Assembly: GCA_030141605.1 (NCBI GenBank)
Contig: JAQGDQ010000729.1
Coordinates: forward strand, 1-64,000
Source: Tubiluchus corallicola
Lineage: Eukaryota; Animalia; Priapulida
DNA: 64,000 nt
Direction of reading: 5' to 3'
Below are positions 52,101 to 62,300 of the stretch, piece after piece; the first letter of the stretch is position 1, and the number at the start of each line of letters is the position of its first letter. The position numbers were made by a program, and so were the translations under genes. A model generated the notes under the pieces. That model saw only the letters and a list, made by a program, of their open reading frames with translations, did not search any database and had not been told where the DNA came from.

Positions 52101-55100
52101 TGTTTATATTGATTTATATTGTCAATATTAGCTTAGGTTATTTACCAAGTTTCTTGACTCCCGACGAACAGAGTTCCTGTAAATACAACGAGAACTCTGC
52201 ACTGTCTCTCCATGAATCTGAAAACGAAACGTATTTTTAAAAATTATGTTGATTTAAGCATTAAAATTATTTTAAAAAAAGCAGGTTTGCCAAGTGGTGG
52301 TGAAACCAGATCTGAATGGATGCAGCTTGCCGAACTTCAGGACACATGGTCAACTTTTGCCACCTAATAAAAAATTATTCAGCTGCAGTCGACAAGAAAA
52401 ATCGAGGTTGATGCAACACTTTACAGAGCTTGCTCACATCTCAAATAGATATCAGTTTAGTTAGTTTAAACATAATTTATTATAGTTTATTATGAATATA
52501 GCCCAGGCAAGCTTCGAAAATGTCTATGTGCGCTTTAACTGTGAAGTTCATTTCAAAATGACTGACTTTTTACACGTCTCAGGGTCTAAGGTTCAAATCC
52601 TGTCTGGTTCCTAAATTTTCTTCAACTTTTTAAGCAGAAAACTTAAAGTGCAGCTGTACAGTACAGCCAAAAGATTACAGTTTAAAACAAATATGTTTTT
52701 GAAATTAGCCTTTACGTTTTTGTTTATTAGAAGGGAAATAACGTGAAAAGCTGGAACAATTAACGTTCCACTACCGAAAAGTCAAATTCCTGAATCTTTT
52801 TGAAGGTAGTACCTATTTTTTCCCTTTTACTTAAAAAAATGAAAAAAATTCTAAACAAATTGGGACTTGAACATGAGACACTGACATGTCTAAAAAACAT
52901 TCTATTTCTTTATTGCTTCCGATATCTTAGTTTAAACATTTTATTATAGGATTGGATCAGACAGTTTGAACAACATGATTTAGGATCCTCACCACAACAG
53001 TCTATACACACTATTTACAAAAACATTTACAGTAAGAATTGACTATAACTACACAAGCTGTCAAGTTTTACTGCAAGATTACATTAGACATTAGTAGAAA
53101 ATGATATTTAGAATATGAATATTTAAGACAGATGGATTTCATATCAGATAGAAACTACTGGAAGCATTTAGTACACGTGTAATATAAAGTCATGTATGCA
53201 TTGGAATATTTTAAGAATATAAAAGACAGAAAGGCCTTGACAAAATTTAGAACTCGTGCTCATCAATAAGGAGTTGAAACTGGTAGATACGTAAGACCAT
53301 CTATTCCATGTGAAAATTGAGTTTGTAATGTTTGTAATATTGTTGAATGACGAATGCCATTTTTTATTATACTGCTCAAGACACAATGTTGCACGTAACT
53401 TTATGTTGAATACAGTTTCTCAGTGTGTTCTACTTTTAATGCTTTAACCTGAAAATGAAAAATTACTTTGTTTGATGCAACCAGAAAACACTGTTATACA
53501 ATGTGCAGTGGAAAAATTTACAAGAATATGAATGTAATCAATTGTATGAAATGTTTATTATTATTTTGATCGGCCCTGTTGGCCATATGTCAATAAACTA
53601 TCTATCTATTGTATGAAATGTTAATTATTATTTTGATTGGCCCTGTTGGCCATATGTCAATAAACTATCTATCTATTGTATGAAATGTTTATTATTATTT
53701 TGATTGGCCCTGTTGGCCATATGTCAATAAACTATCTATCTATTGTATGAAATGTTAATTATTATTTTGATCGGCCCTGTTGGCCATATGTCAATAAACT
53801 ATCTATCTATTGTATGAAATGTTTATTATTATTTTGATTGGCCCTGTTGGCCATATGTCAATAATCTATCTATCTATCTAACTATCTACAATAAAAACAA
53901 ATTAAATCGACACCCATAATAGGTAAACAACCTTATAAACAAACACTCATTGGATCTTTATAATTGGCCTATTTTGACTTTGTCAGTTACTGATCGTTCG
54001 ATGTCCTCTTCTTATTTTTCTCTTCTCTTATTTCTCTTTTTGTAAGGAACTAAAACACCATTTCCGCCAATCAGTGTTTGTTACACACATCTTTATAAAC
54101 AATGCCGGGCCTCTGAATTTTCCATTTCGAAATTGACCAAATTCCAGGTCAAAGAATTGTCAACTCTGATTCACAGAAGTGAGAAACTACATGGTTCAAT
54201 AGCTAATTTTTATCATCAAATAAAAAATAAACTACAGTAGGTGCCACTTAATAGACTCACTTTGGGACCGAAGTGTTTTGACCCAATTAACTGACTGAAC
54301 CTATGAACCGATGAGTGTAGTATTACAGGTATAGAAGTACGAGTCATCAGTTTACTATGCACTGCAAAGGCTTTTAATGAATTTTAGAAACAAAGTAATG
54401 CCTAAATTCCTTTGTGCAGTTAAAAATTAGAAAACACGTTTTAAAATATTAATTTATATAAGTGAAATAACAATAAATTTAAATGTATACTATTTTAAAT
54501 CACAGACTTTTCTAAGTCTGTTTATTTGCAAAAATGACAAAAATTCCTTCAAAATTGGCTACTTCATATTCCCGCTAAGAAGTTGGCCCACAAAGTTCTT
54601 GTAATTATAAAAACGTTGAAAATCTGTTGTTGCGCGTGACTAAAACAGTTCTAAACCACCTGCTCACTTACACTGCCCTTATTTGCTGTACGATATTTAC
54701 TCTTGTAAGTCACAAGGAATACCAACTGATTACTGTACCTGCATCTTTGACTGTTAACTCATTAAGCCTGAAAGCATGAAATGAGAGCATCAGAAGGAAA
54801 CCGCTAGGCAAGTGATTAAATGTTTAGCTTCCAGAAATTCTTTAGGTAACAGTGGGCGAGTGGGTAACAGATTCAAAAACAAAACCGCTACGCTGGCGTA
54901 TTAGCGCATGACAAACGTGCCTGCTTATAAACAAAACGGTACTTAACATGATTATTTCTGCATACATATTGCACAAAAGGGAAGTAAAGATGACATAAAA
55001 GCCGGAAAGGCTCTTTCGGTACATAAATATGTCTTATTTTAAGTAGGTGAAGGAAAAAATTGAGTCAATTACTGGCAGTTCTTATGTATATTTGAATCTA

Positions 55101-56099
55101 TTATGTATGTATAATTGAGTCTATTAACCGTGTGTCTATTAAGCGGCACCTACTGTATGTATGAATTAACTAGATTGTAAATAAGAAAATAAATTATATA
55201 TGAATTAACTGTGTAGTCTATCAAGCATTAGTCGTTGGCTTCTCACAACATATCAACACCAATATTTAATTCGCACACACAATTTATAGAACAATATCCA
55301 GTAAATTGTATAGATCACCGAGTCTTCAAAAGCTGCTCTAAAATTGGAAATCAGGACTATTCCGTCTTTATAGTTTTTCTGTTTCAGTTGCCCATTTCCG
55401 TGAATTTCGTCTGTTCAGTGATGACGGAAAATCGGAGGCCCTAGCTATATGACATGATCAGTTAACGATTTCAAACAATTAATGCTTGACGTTTAAGAGA
55501 TCAATTACCTATTCTGGTTGAACATCATTTTACGGGAGATTAATTTGATACAACTTGGTAAAATGAAATTAAACTTATCACGACTATGCATTAGGTTGAT
55601 GCTACTTATAAAAGTTAACTGTATTACGTTGCATTGAATAATTCACCAATTAATTATAGGTACAATGAAATTTCATCAGTACTAATAAAGACACGCCAAA
55701 AGTTGAAGATCTGCATAAGCTTTTGAAACGCTCAACAGCCGCCACCCAGGTGAAACCGAAAGTGAAAGAAATTATGGTGAATAAAGTTTGTAGTTAGTAC
55801 ACTCCACACTATAATCAAATCTCAAGTAGTAGAAGTCTTGAATAATATACTTCTAAAAGTATTTAACGATACAATGGAAGTTCGTGGTGCGCATGGTTAG
55901 TACAAATGCTGAGAAAAACAACTCGCTAACTGGCGATGGTATTAGAGGTTATGAATAGAGGTGAAGCAGCCACATGCCTGTTTTTTTTACAATATTACAA
56001 TTAGTTATTACCAGGAAAAGAATTTCTAAAAGTTGACGTTAGAATATCATCATCTGGATTAAAATCTAATTTGTTGCCGATGCCATAATGGGCAGCCAT
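25063..56099 (-). CDS. COG8: Conserved oligomeric Golgi complex subunit 8 (Dor1 family), 11 exons, about 942 aa
   Basis: Exons 56099-56012 (gccaccATGg), 52217-52146, 51106-50982, 42950-42847, 40021-39850, 39421-39208, 36993-36830, 35719-35520, 33005-32733, 29548-29380, 26310-25063. All are GT-AG, total 2829 nt, in frame. Peptides [95 protein letters not shown] and [19 protein letters not shown] match COG8. Confidence 0.96.
25090..25880 (-). repeat. Coding 51-bp (17-aa) tandem repeat in the last exon of COG8, about 16 units
   Basis: S(A/T)SESV(E/D)QP(R/H)VETET(D/P)K units in frame. Confidence 0.93.
26368..27021 (-). mobile_element. MITE family A copy
   Basis: Reverse-complement match to 3366-4025, both TIRs present. 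Confidence 0.8.
28526..29086 (+). mobile_element. Tc1/pogo (Tigger-like) MITE family G
   Basis: TA|CAGAAGGTGTCATTTATTAGACTCAC ... GTGAGTCTATTAAGCGGTCCCTACTG|TA: TIRs with TA flanks. Confidence 0.8.
30620..30832. repeat. About 30-bp subterminal repeat array (ATCGTGATAC / ATCGTGAGGTTAGT) of a TIR element spanning about 29767-30856
   Basis: Repeated TATCGTGAGGTTAGTATCGTGATACA; element ends TAGGCCTGTAATGATAC ... TATTATTACAGC. Confidence 0.7.
31020..31072 (-). pseudogene. tRNA-like 3' half (SINE or pseudo-tRNA fragment)
   Basis: GTCTGCCTTGTAAAGCGAAGGTCCTTGGTTCAAATCCAGGCTG has an anticodon-arm-like segment and a T-arm/B-box, but no D-arm or acceptor pairing. Confidence 0.4.
31126..32064. mobile_element. 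Tigger-like MITE family H
   Basis: TA|CAGTCAAACCTCGTTATAACG ... TATAACGAGGTTCGACTA inverted ends; a related end lies at about 60624. Confidence 0.7.
31214..31688 (+). mobile_element. MITE family A copy (internally shortened), nested in a Tigger-like MITE
   Basis: Same TIRs and interior (TTGAGAAAATCACTGTTAAGGTTAGCCATTG). Confidence 0.8.
33717..35441 (+). mobile_element. MITE family A copy whose right TIR is split by the Harbinger
   Basis: ...GACTTA|Harbinger|TTATGGACGATTTTGGTTTGCAAGCACAC reconstitutes the TIR. Confidence 0.82.
34295..35413 (-). mobile_element. Internally deleted PIF/Harbinger DNA transposon
   Basis: Long TIRs GG(T/C)T(G/A)CCAGGCCATAGAAACTCATGCTTCATGCCTCACGCT and TTA target duplication (34292-34294, 35414-35416). 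Transposase N-terminus at 35274-34975 reads [53 protein letters not shown] and has an in-frame stop. Confidence 0.9.
41089..41690. repeat. 31-bp minisatellite, about 19 copies
   Basis: Unit ACCACATCATGAGTATCACATCAATACATGT. Confidence 0.94.
43090..43727 (+). mobile_element. MITE family A copy
   Basis: Both TIRs and the shared interior are present. Confidence 0.8.
44428..44639 (-). repeat. 3' LTR of the Gypsy element
   Basis: Direct repeat of 48944-49155, TG/CA ends. Confidence 0.95.
44754..48833 (-). CDS. Gag-Pol polyprotein (Gag with Zn knuckles, protease, RT, RNase H, integrase), 1359 aa
   Basis: CHFCGHKH..C plus [14 protein letters not shown] knuckles; protease [10 protein letters not shown]; [26 protein letters not shown]; RNase [24 protein letters not shown]; integrase [23 protein letters not shown]. 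Domain order RT-RH-IN is Gypsy type. Confidence 0.96.
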   Translation of the reverse strand: MADGEGHVQVTSPYSVLPAPPRLDLHGNLAANWRKFRRVWDNYEVALKLNEANDAVRTATLLTVLGPECVEIFDGLEFENEADKTNVAMVLQKFEAFCVGETNETYERYCFNKRDQNPGETIDAYVSSLRTLAKRCNYGNLTESLIRDRIILGITDNITRKRLLQESKLTLSSCITICRSFAESASQLKDIKAEQASYSEQVQAVKPKTHKGSASKATGAKKKVIDCHFCGHKHEWDKSKCPAYGKTCNICHGRNHFQSMCKSRGRTDTRAKSFLSRRGQSVFGMANCEEKSNEYMIGTVTHTVHATEQCTTQQPQIYSEWLMEGTPTIFQIDCGASVNIIPERLVPHHLCDKLATVNTVLEMWNKTKISPIGQVRLPIVNPVNKKSYSVNFLVVNENYVPLLGSCASQQMKLITVNENNFKRVESANVANMLCSDSSTRPTVHVSDVCSVADCNALLTEFSDIFSEVPGEFPGCVSLKIDPTVPPVVQPCRRLPYNMRDKFKAELDRLEQNNIIERVDHPTDWVNAYTTATKRLGSIRICLDPKPLNKAIRREIYHIPTMEELTPRLCNAKLFSTFDVTSGFHHMKLDEKTKDLTTFDTPFGRYRYTRAPFGISAWPEIFQKKMDEQIQGLKGIEDFHDDVLIYGCGTTITEAGVDHDNKLRAFFDRCRERNIKLNPDKSQIRRSEVRYHGHILSANGIKADLDKVVAVQNMPAPIDKTGVRRLCGFVNYLAKFLPMLSEVLKPISNLMSDKTEFRWNSEQEEAFVQVKKLITTSPVLRYYNPDEELTLQCDSSQSGLGACLMQNGQPVAFASRTLTATEQNYAQLEKEMLSLIFGIQKFDHYCYARKVKLETDHKPLESILKKSILSAPKRIQRMMLVLQNYDVEVVYRKGATMLMADTLSRASLPETDDIALEFETVRALEYVPATFKDEKLELLKVATVTDPEMKALQTMIRSGWPCKVSEVQPDLRQYFNYRDELAINEGLIFKGERIVYPPSERLSFIRMVHASHLGIQGCLRRAREVVFRPRMNADFESYIQKCEICNAYPRSQQKEELIPQIATRPWQIVGSDLCEVNNTDYLITVDYYSNFFEIDKLESKEARTVVTKLKAHFSRHGIPEMLRSDNVRFDSEEFKTFAKIYGFQHETSSPRYPKSNGKVENAVNTAKRLMKKALVAKEDPYLSLLAYRNTPAEGLNASPAQRLFGRRTRTTLLMPSSLLEPKLVPNTREKIIAQKDRQATYYNQQAKPLIQLMVGDVVRMDPLRKGKMWEKAIVIRKIGERSYLVKTESGTVYRRNRVHLRKTSETYIDESVYCPYDNMRQKQDVIPDRLNDNRQRNDNEIRTRSGRRIQRPKFLNDYVT
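48944..49155 (-). repeat. 5' LTR of the Gypsy element
   Basis: Direct repeat of 44428-44639, adjacent to the PBS. Confidence 0.95.
51364..52017 (-). mobile_element. MITE family A copy
   Basis: Both TIRs present, reverse orientation. Confidence 0.8.
53040..53890 (+). mobile_element. Degenerate LINE 3' fragment (RTE-X/L2-like C-terminal Cys-His region) with repeated 3' tail
   Basis: [47 protein letters not shown] resembles the KFR.S.H.L.IETGR..C..C..EDE.HF..C LINE tail. The element ends in CAATAAAC(TATC)n. Confidence 0.75.
53541..53885 (+). repeat. 67-bp tandem repeat, 5 copies (LINE 3' terminus)
   Basis: Unit GTATGAAATGTTTATTATTATTTTGATCGGCCCTGTTGGCCATATGTCAATAAACTATCTATCTATT at 53544, 53611, 53678, 53745, 53812. 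Confidence 0.95.
54235..55155 (-). mobile_element. Tigger-like MITE family G copy (a partial copy also lies at about 50430-50948)
   Basis: TA|CAGTAGGTGCCACTTAATAGACTCAC ... CTATTAAGCGGCACCTACTG|TA. Confidence 0.82.
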
Positions 56100-56377
56100 G
56101 GTGGCGAATGCATGATACGTGGCGTTCCGGAAATCTTTAAACGGCAATGCTTTGGTTACTCCTGCTTTTTTGTACGACCATACCTAATAAATCAATGGTA
56201 ATAATAGCGTTCGGTGATGATGGGCTGTACTTGTACAGTGCACTGTGCTTTAATAATTTTTCGTTAATTATTAAATTAACCAAAGGATTTGAATTTTATT
56301 GCAGACCATCTGAAAACATCAAAGTTTTCCAGCTTGCACAGGTGCACCACAAGTCTAAAATGTTAACATACTCCAAG
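56100..56377. promoter_or_regulatory. Putative bidirectional promoter shared by COG8 and TRAPPC4
   Basis: Only 278 bp separate the divergent ATGs. Contains the ETS-like palindrome TTCCGGAA (about 56125-56132); a YY1-like CAAGATGGCG overlaps the TRAPPC4 start codon. Confidence 0.7.
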
Positions 56378-59300
56378 ATGGCGATTTACGCCGTTTACGT
56401 TGTTAACAGAGCTGGTGGACTGATTTATCAATACGACAATAATTTGCCGAAAACAGAAGTAGAGAAGACATTTAGTTACCCACTAGAATTGGTTTTAAAG
56501 TTACAAAACGATAAAGTTGTTGTTGCGTTTGGTCAGAGGGATGGCATAAAAGGTTCGACTACTTCTTCCTGTTGATTTTAGCTTTGGTGTTTAGCTTTGC
56601 TGCCTGTCTAAGAACATAGGCGTAGGAGGATCTGGGCGCTATGGAGTTGACACTTGTACTATTTGCTTCTCAGTTTCACAGATTTTGCTGCAGCTGAGAA
56701 CATAGTAGCACCACCACCAGGGGCATGTTCTAAGGATCGGCAACTCCAAACAAGAAGACATGCCGTCGTTTTGTCATGCAGATCTGAATGTGACACTTGA
56801 CTACTTTATATGAATGCCCTTTAGTCTGTTGTTGAATTGACATCTTGTAACATAATCATCGGTATATATTTTATCGATGCTGTGTATAATCCTGTAGATT
56901 TTTATACCTGCCTTTGTTCCAAGGGCCTGTACATAAACGTGCTTAGATCGAGTTCTTTAATCTTTAATGAGCAAGTTCTATCACTTAGTGCTCGAGTCAA
57001 CCCCGTCATCTTATTGATTTCTTTCTTGCATAGAAAAAATGATAGCATTCTGATGGGGAAAACGAATTCTTAGAATGAAAATAACTGTTGGGCCCCACTT
57101 AAGCAAAGGCATGGGTTTTATTCAGACACAACATCTGCAATGGTGATTTTTGTCATTTTTTCACACTGTATTTTTATTTAAGTGGATGTTTGTGTGAACA
57201 TGACCTTAGCGGGTCAAAACGCCACAGATGTTTGTGTCTGAATAAAAACCATGTCTTTGCCTATGTGTGTGCTGGCTGTTATTTCCATTGATAGAATTCT
57301 GCCTCGATGGGTGCCATACCCTGGTCCACATATCTACATAATCGACGCCAAGTCTAACTGTATACCACTTCAGAACAATCACTTTACCAAGGAATTTAAA
57401 GTAGTCCTTAATTAGTGAGCCTATTTTCTAATTAATGATGTGATGGCCGCAAGTCGATATTGATCACAGTGACTCCGAGGTCTGTTTCTTTATAGATTTT
57501 GTCAATATTTGAAACTCAATTCTTTAAAACTATTCAAATGACAAAGACAAGATTTATTTACCGTTGCTCTTTAGCGCTTTTGGCTAAATTGCGTCGATAT
57601 TGATCACAGTGACTCCGAGGTCTGTTTCTTTATAGATTTTGTCAATATTTGAAACTCAATTCTTTAAAACTATTCAAATGACGAAGACAAGATTTATTTA
57701 CCGTTGCTCTTTAGCGCTTTTGGCTAAATTGCGTCTTACACTTACACAATACAAGTTAGTACGCAACACACAAATAACGAATGACATGTAAGGTATATGT
57801 CCTGGCGTTGGCAACCATTAGTATCGAACTCAAGACTATGTGGTTGCAGTCCTGAAATCAGCGTCACTTAGCCACTCAAACCAGGATGGTCAACATAAGA
57901 AAAATTTGTCTGACAAAGAAGCAAAATGGCCAGTATTGAAAACTGCTAAAGGATCCTTGATCTCATTGTTCACTGGTCATCTTGGTGGCCATCTGACAGT
58001 TGAACATTCACTGTGAAAAATTGTTTTTTGACTCTAACAAACTAGGTTCACCAATGAGTCATCATTCAGACTAGAAGTGAATTATCTATCTTGCATTTTG
58101 TGGACTTAGGTAAAATATGACTTGTTTTGATCTGAGGTGGCAAATTTGGTAACCATGTTGAATGATTTAAATTCCTTAAGATCAGGATGACAGGTTTTAA
58201 ATTCTTGAATGTTACTCTTAAAAAATGCGAGCTTGTCGAAAAACACATTGTGGACTTCATTTTAAAATTTTCGTATGCAAAATTATTTCTCACTGCTAAA
58301 TCTGCATCTTGCTAGATTTCGAAATTTTTTGTGTTTTGTTGGCGTGAAATCCCGATATTTGTATTTTTGCATGGCAAGCTGTACTTGTGCATGTAAAAAC
58401 CTCATTATAACATTATACTTTATCAACATGTAATTTGTTAGTTTCTGGGTAGTCTGGCAAGTGATAAAATTTAATTTTTAATACTTTTTGTTAGTGATGG
58501 GCGATTAATAGATTAATCAAGATTATAACCACGTATAAATCGACATAATCGGTGATTGAACAGTAACTCAGTTAATCGAGGATAAAATTTATGTGTTACA
58601 CACTGACTAAAAGGCAGTGTTTTAGCACAAGTAAACAGAATTCTTGCATTTTTCTTTGCTTTTCTCATGTTGCACAATTCAGACAATTGTAAACTACAGT
58701 GTTGCAAACTAGGGCTTCAAATTCGCTTTCACACGTCATGTACACAGTAACAGAGTAGTTAATGAATGTACATGTTTATAAAAATAGTTTGCGAGTAGGA
58801 AAATGGCAGACAGCGACGAAAGCCATGAAGAAGTTTATAGGCTATACTTCAATTCTGGAATGTTTGAAAAATATGGATAAAACACTAAAAAATTACCCCA
58901 AAATATTAATCGTGATATCTAGTTACAAGAACAAGATTGTAATCGAATTAGAAAATTTCATAATTGCCAATCTCTACTTTTTGTACTTTTTTAGTTGGAC
59001 ACACTCTTTTAGCAATTAATGGCGAGCCAGTGTTTGGAGCTAAAATGGAAAATGGACAAGAGGTTCTGGATTTCATCGCAAACGAAGCAAATTACCCGAT
59101 CTCGATCAAGTTCGGACGTCCAAAACTTCAGACGAATGAGAAGATAATGCTAGCTAGCATGTTTCACTCGTAAGTATGCAAAAAAGGATGCCAAAAACGC
59201 TGCAGATGGCGCTTTGTTCCATTTTGTTTATGAGCAAACACAGATTTAAATGGTGCAGTTGCTAACCTGCGCATCGAAGAATTCTTCGAAAGCATGTTAT

Positions 59301-62300
59301 TAATAGGGGTGAGCATTCTCTACCAGAAGCGATGCTAACCTGTACATTGAAGAATTCTTCGAAAGTATGTTATCAATAGGGGTGAGCATTCTCCACCAGA
59401 AAGCGAATTTGTTACTTGCGAATTCGAATCGAACCAAATTTCAGTGTTTCGAATCGGAATCGAATTCGAATTCAGCTTGAAAGATTTGTGAACAAGTTTT
59501 CGAACCAGTATTACCTGGTTTTGTTCTGCAGTCAAACCACTATTAGTTTGTTAAAAATTTTGCACACAAATCACAGCTAAATTGTGCTAATTGCTTGATG
59601 TTTCAAATATTTTAATGATATCTAACATATGTGGCTGAAGTGCTGAAATCGAATTCGAACGTTCAATGCTCACCCTCATTTGCTGTTTTTGCCTCACAAT
59701 TAAATATAGTTCTTGGTTTTTACAACATGGCACCCACTGTTTGCCGCAGAATTTGCATAAATCTAGCAATCTCTATCTGCGTAAGTATAGAACTTAAATC
59801 TATGTAAGCAAGTTAATTTTTGGGTTGTATATGTTCTATTTTTTCTGATAGATGGCTCTGCAATGTCTTGTATGTACAGTTTCTAAGTTTTCTTGTGAAA
59901 TTTTTTTTTGGTCATATTTTCGAGCTGTACAAATTCACTTATATCTCGGTCATTCCGCGAACTGGCCATTAGACCATGACCTAAGACTTATACACGTTAA
60001 TTTACTTGGTATATCTTATTGGCATAAATTAGTATATCTTGCTTAGAGCAGGTATATTACCTGTATCAACAGACTAGAAATGAATAAATCTATTTTAAAC
60101 TTTTATAACATGTAATTGTTGTTTTGATATATTAATTTATGACTTGTTATTCTTTGTTTTATATATATATATATATATGTTGTCGTGTTTGCTTTCCTGT
60201 TCTTGTTATTGTTTTATTGTATGCCAGTAAATCTTAAATCATAAAGTCTTATATCTCAAAATGTTACCATTGTTATTAGAACCGTTTCAAAGGATGAAAC
60301 AAGTAAAACGAAACTGTGCATTTAGACTCAAGCTAGAAAATAATAGTCCTACTGAAATAAACTGCAATGACCCTATATATTAAAAAGATTGTGTTGAGTT
60401 TTCTTACAACTAAAATATTGAACTAAAAAACCAGTTTGTTTAAACTGTAATTATTGTATTGTCAACATTTTATTACAACATCTAAAATCTATCGATTTAG
60501 TATTAGTATTACTTGGCGGGCCGTCACTTTGTTTACATCATTAAATCAGTGCAACTAAGCAACGTGTAACGACACGTGTGTAGCTTAAGGCATGAGTGTA
60601 GCTTCATTTAATGTTTAATGATTACAGTCAAACCTTGTTATAACACCTTCCTTTATACTGCCAAACTCGCTTAACACTTAGCAAAACGAAATATCTTTTA
60701 TTTACATATTAACATATTTTTATGAAACGAAGGTAATTTTTAAGTACAACTAAGTATCTGCCATATCTGCCATGAATTTTCAGTCATTATAATGCACATC
60801 GTCACACTCATGAAGTATACTGAGTTATTGAGGGTAGCATTTCTAATTGTGAAGGGTTGATACTGGTGGAAAAGGAAGCCAGGTGATTTGCTAACGTGTG
60901 TGATGTTATGGATGGCTGAGAACTCAAAATGCAATGTGTGTGCATGTGTGAAAAACTTAAAATACGTGTGACAAACTCCTAATGTGTGAGAGATGGCAGG
61001 ACTGCTTTCGGGACTAATGTCAAAAGAAGCCAACTGGTTTGCAAACTTGCATGTGAAGTTGTGGAATGCGTGAAAATTGAAATCTGATGCATGTGAAAGA
61101 GTTAAAATGCATATGACACATTCCTAGTATGTGAGAGATGGCTGATCTGCATTTGGGACTATATAATATCTTGCTTTGCTTCTAATTGCAGATTGTTTGC
61201 AATCGGTTCACAGTTGTCACCGGAACCACAATGTTCCGGAATCGAAGTTCTGGAAACGGACGGTTTTAAGCTGCACTGCTATCAGACATTAACAGGTATT
61301 CCACGTTGCCATATTATAGTCTGTTGTATTGCGCAAATGCGACACGAATTCCTGGGTTCAATACCCGGATTTAAATGCTGCGTGTGCTCTGGATTAAGGT
61401 TGCTAGAATTGAGCAAAGAATAAAAAAACAGGTGCCATGTTCAAATACAATTTCTGTGATCTGCTGTTTGGTCTTTTGTAAAATACAAATACTGTACTCG
61501 ATACTTTAAATCTACGGTATAACAATGCAATTTTACCCCCTTTTTTCTAGGCATAAAATTCATTGTTCTAGTCGATCCTAAGATGCAAGGCGTGGATGCT
61601 TTACTTAAAAAGATACACGAAATATATGCAGATTTTGCTCTTAAAAGTCCTTTCTACTCAATAGACATGCCAATTAGGTAAGTAAAGGGACGTGTAAGAA
61701 AGTAAACTGAACATTTCAATCATGTTAAGAAGAGCGTTCATTTTGATAAGCTAGAGCGCTGAATGTAGATTCTTTTGAATGTGATGTGCATGATATGAAG
61801 TGTCTGCAATTGATTGTGTTCCTTATAAATTGTGTCAAAGAATTAGAATCGTGGGTTTGATTATCTGGTGCTTACAGTGTGTTCAGTCTAGCGACTTTTC
61901 TCTTCATACAATCTCACCAAATAACTCGCAAGTGTGTTCTCACTAGAGAACACAACTTGTTGTGAGTTACTCTTCGACAATTATCACGAGCTGACACTCG
62001 CTAGACCACTTCTCTATTCACTTCAAGAAGTGTCGAGAGTAACTTGCCAAGGCATTCACACTAGACTTTTCTCGTCATACAATCTCGCCAAGTAACTCGC
62101 AAGTGTGTTCTGACTAGAGAACACAACTTGCCGTGAGTTACTCTCCGACATTAATCACGAGCTGACACTCGCTAGACCACTTCTCTATTCACTTCGAGAA
62201 GTGTGAGAGTAACTCAACGTGGCATTCACACTAGACTTTTCTCGTCATGCAATCTCAAGTGACTCGTAAGTGTGTTCTGACTAGAGAACACAACTTGCCA

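Noticed and set aside
56147-56377. N-terminal signal-peptide-like extension of TRAPPC4
   Set aside because: The conserved start is [10 protein letters not shown] at 56378 in a strong context; the upstream ATG lies in the promoter, only 48 bp from the COG8 start.
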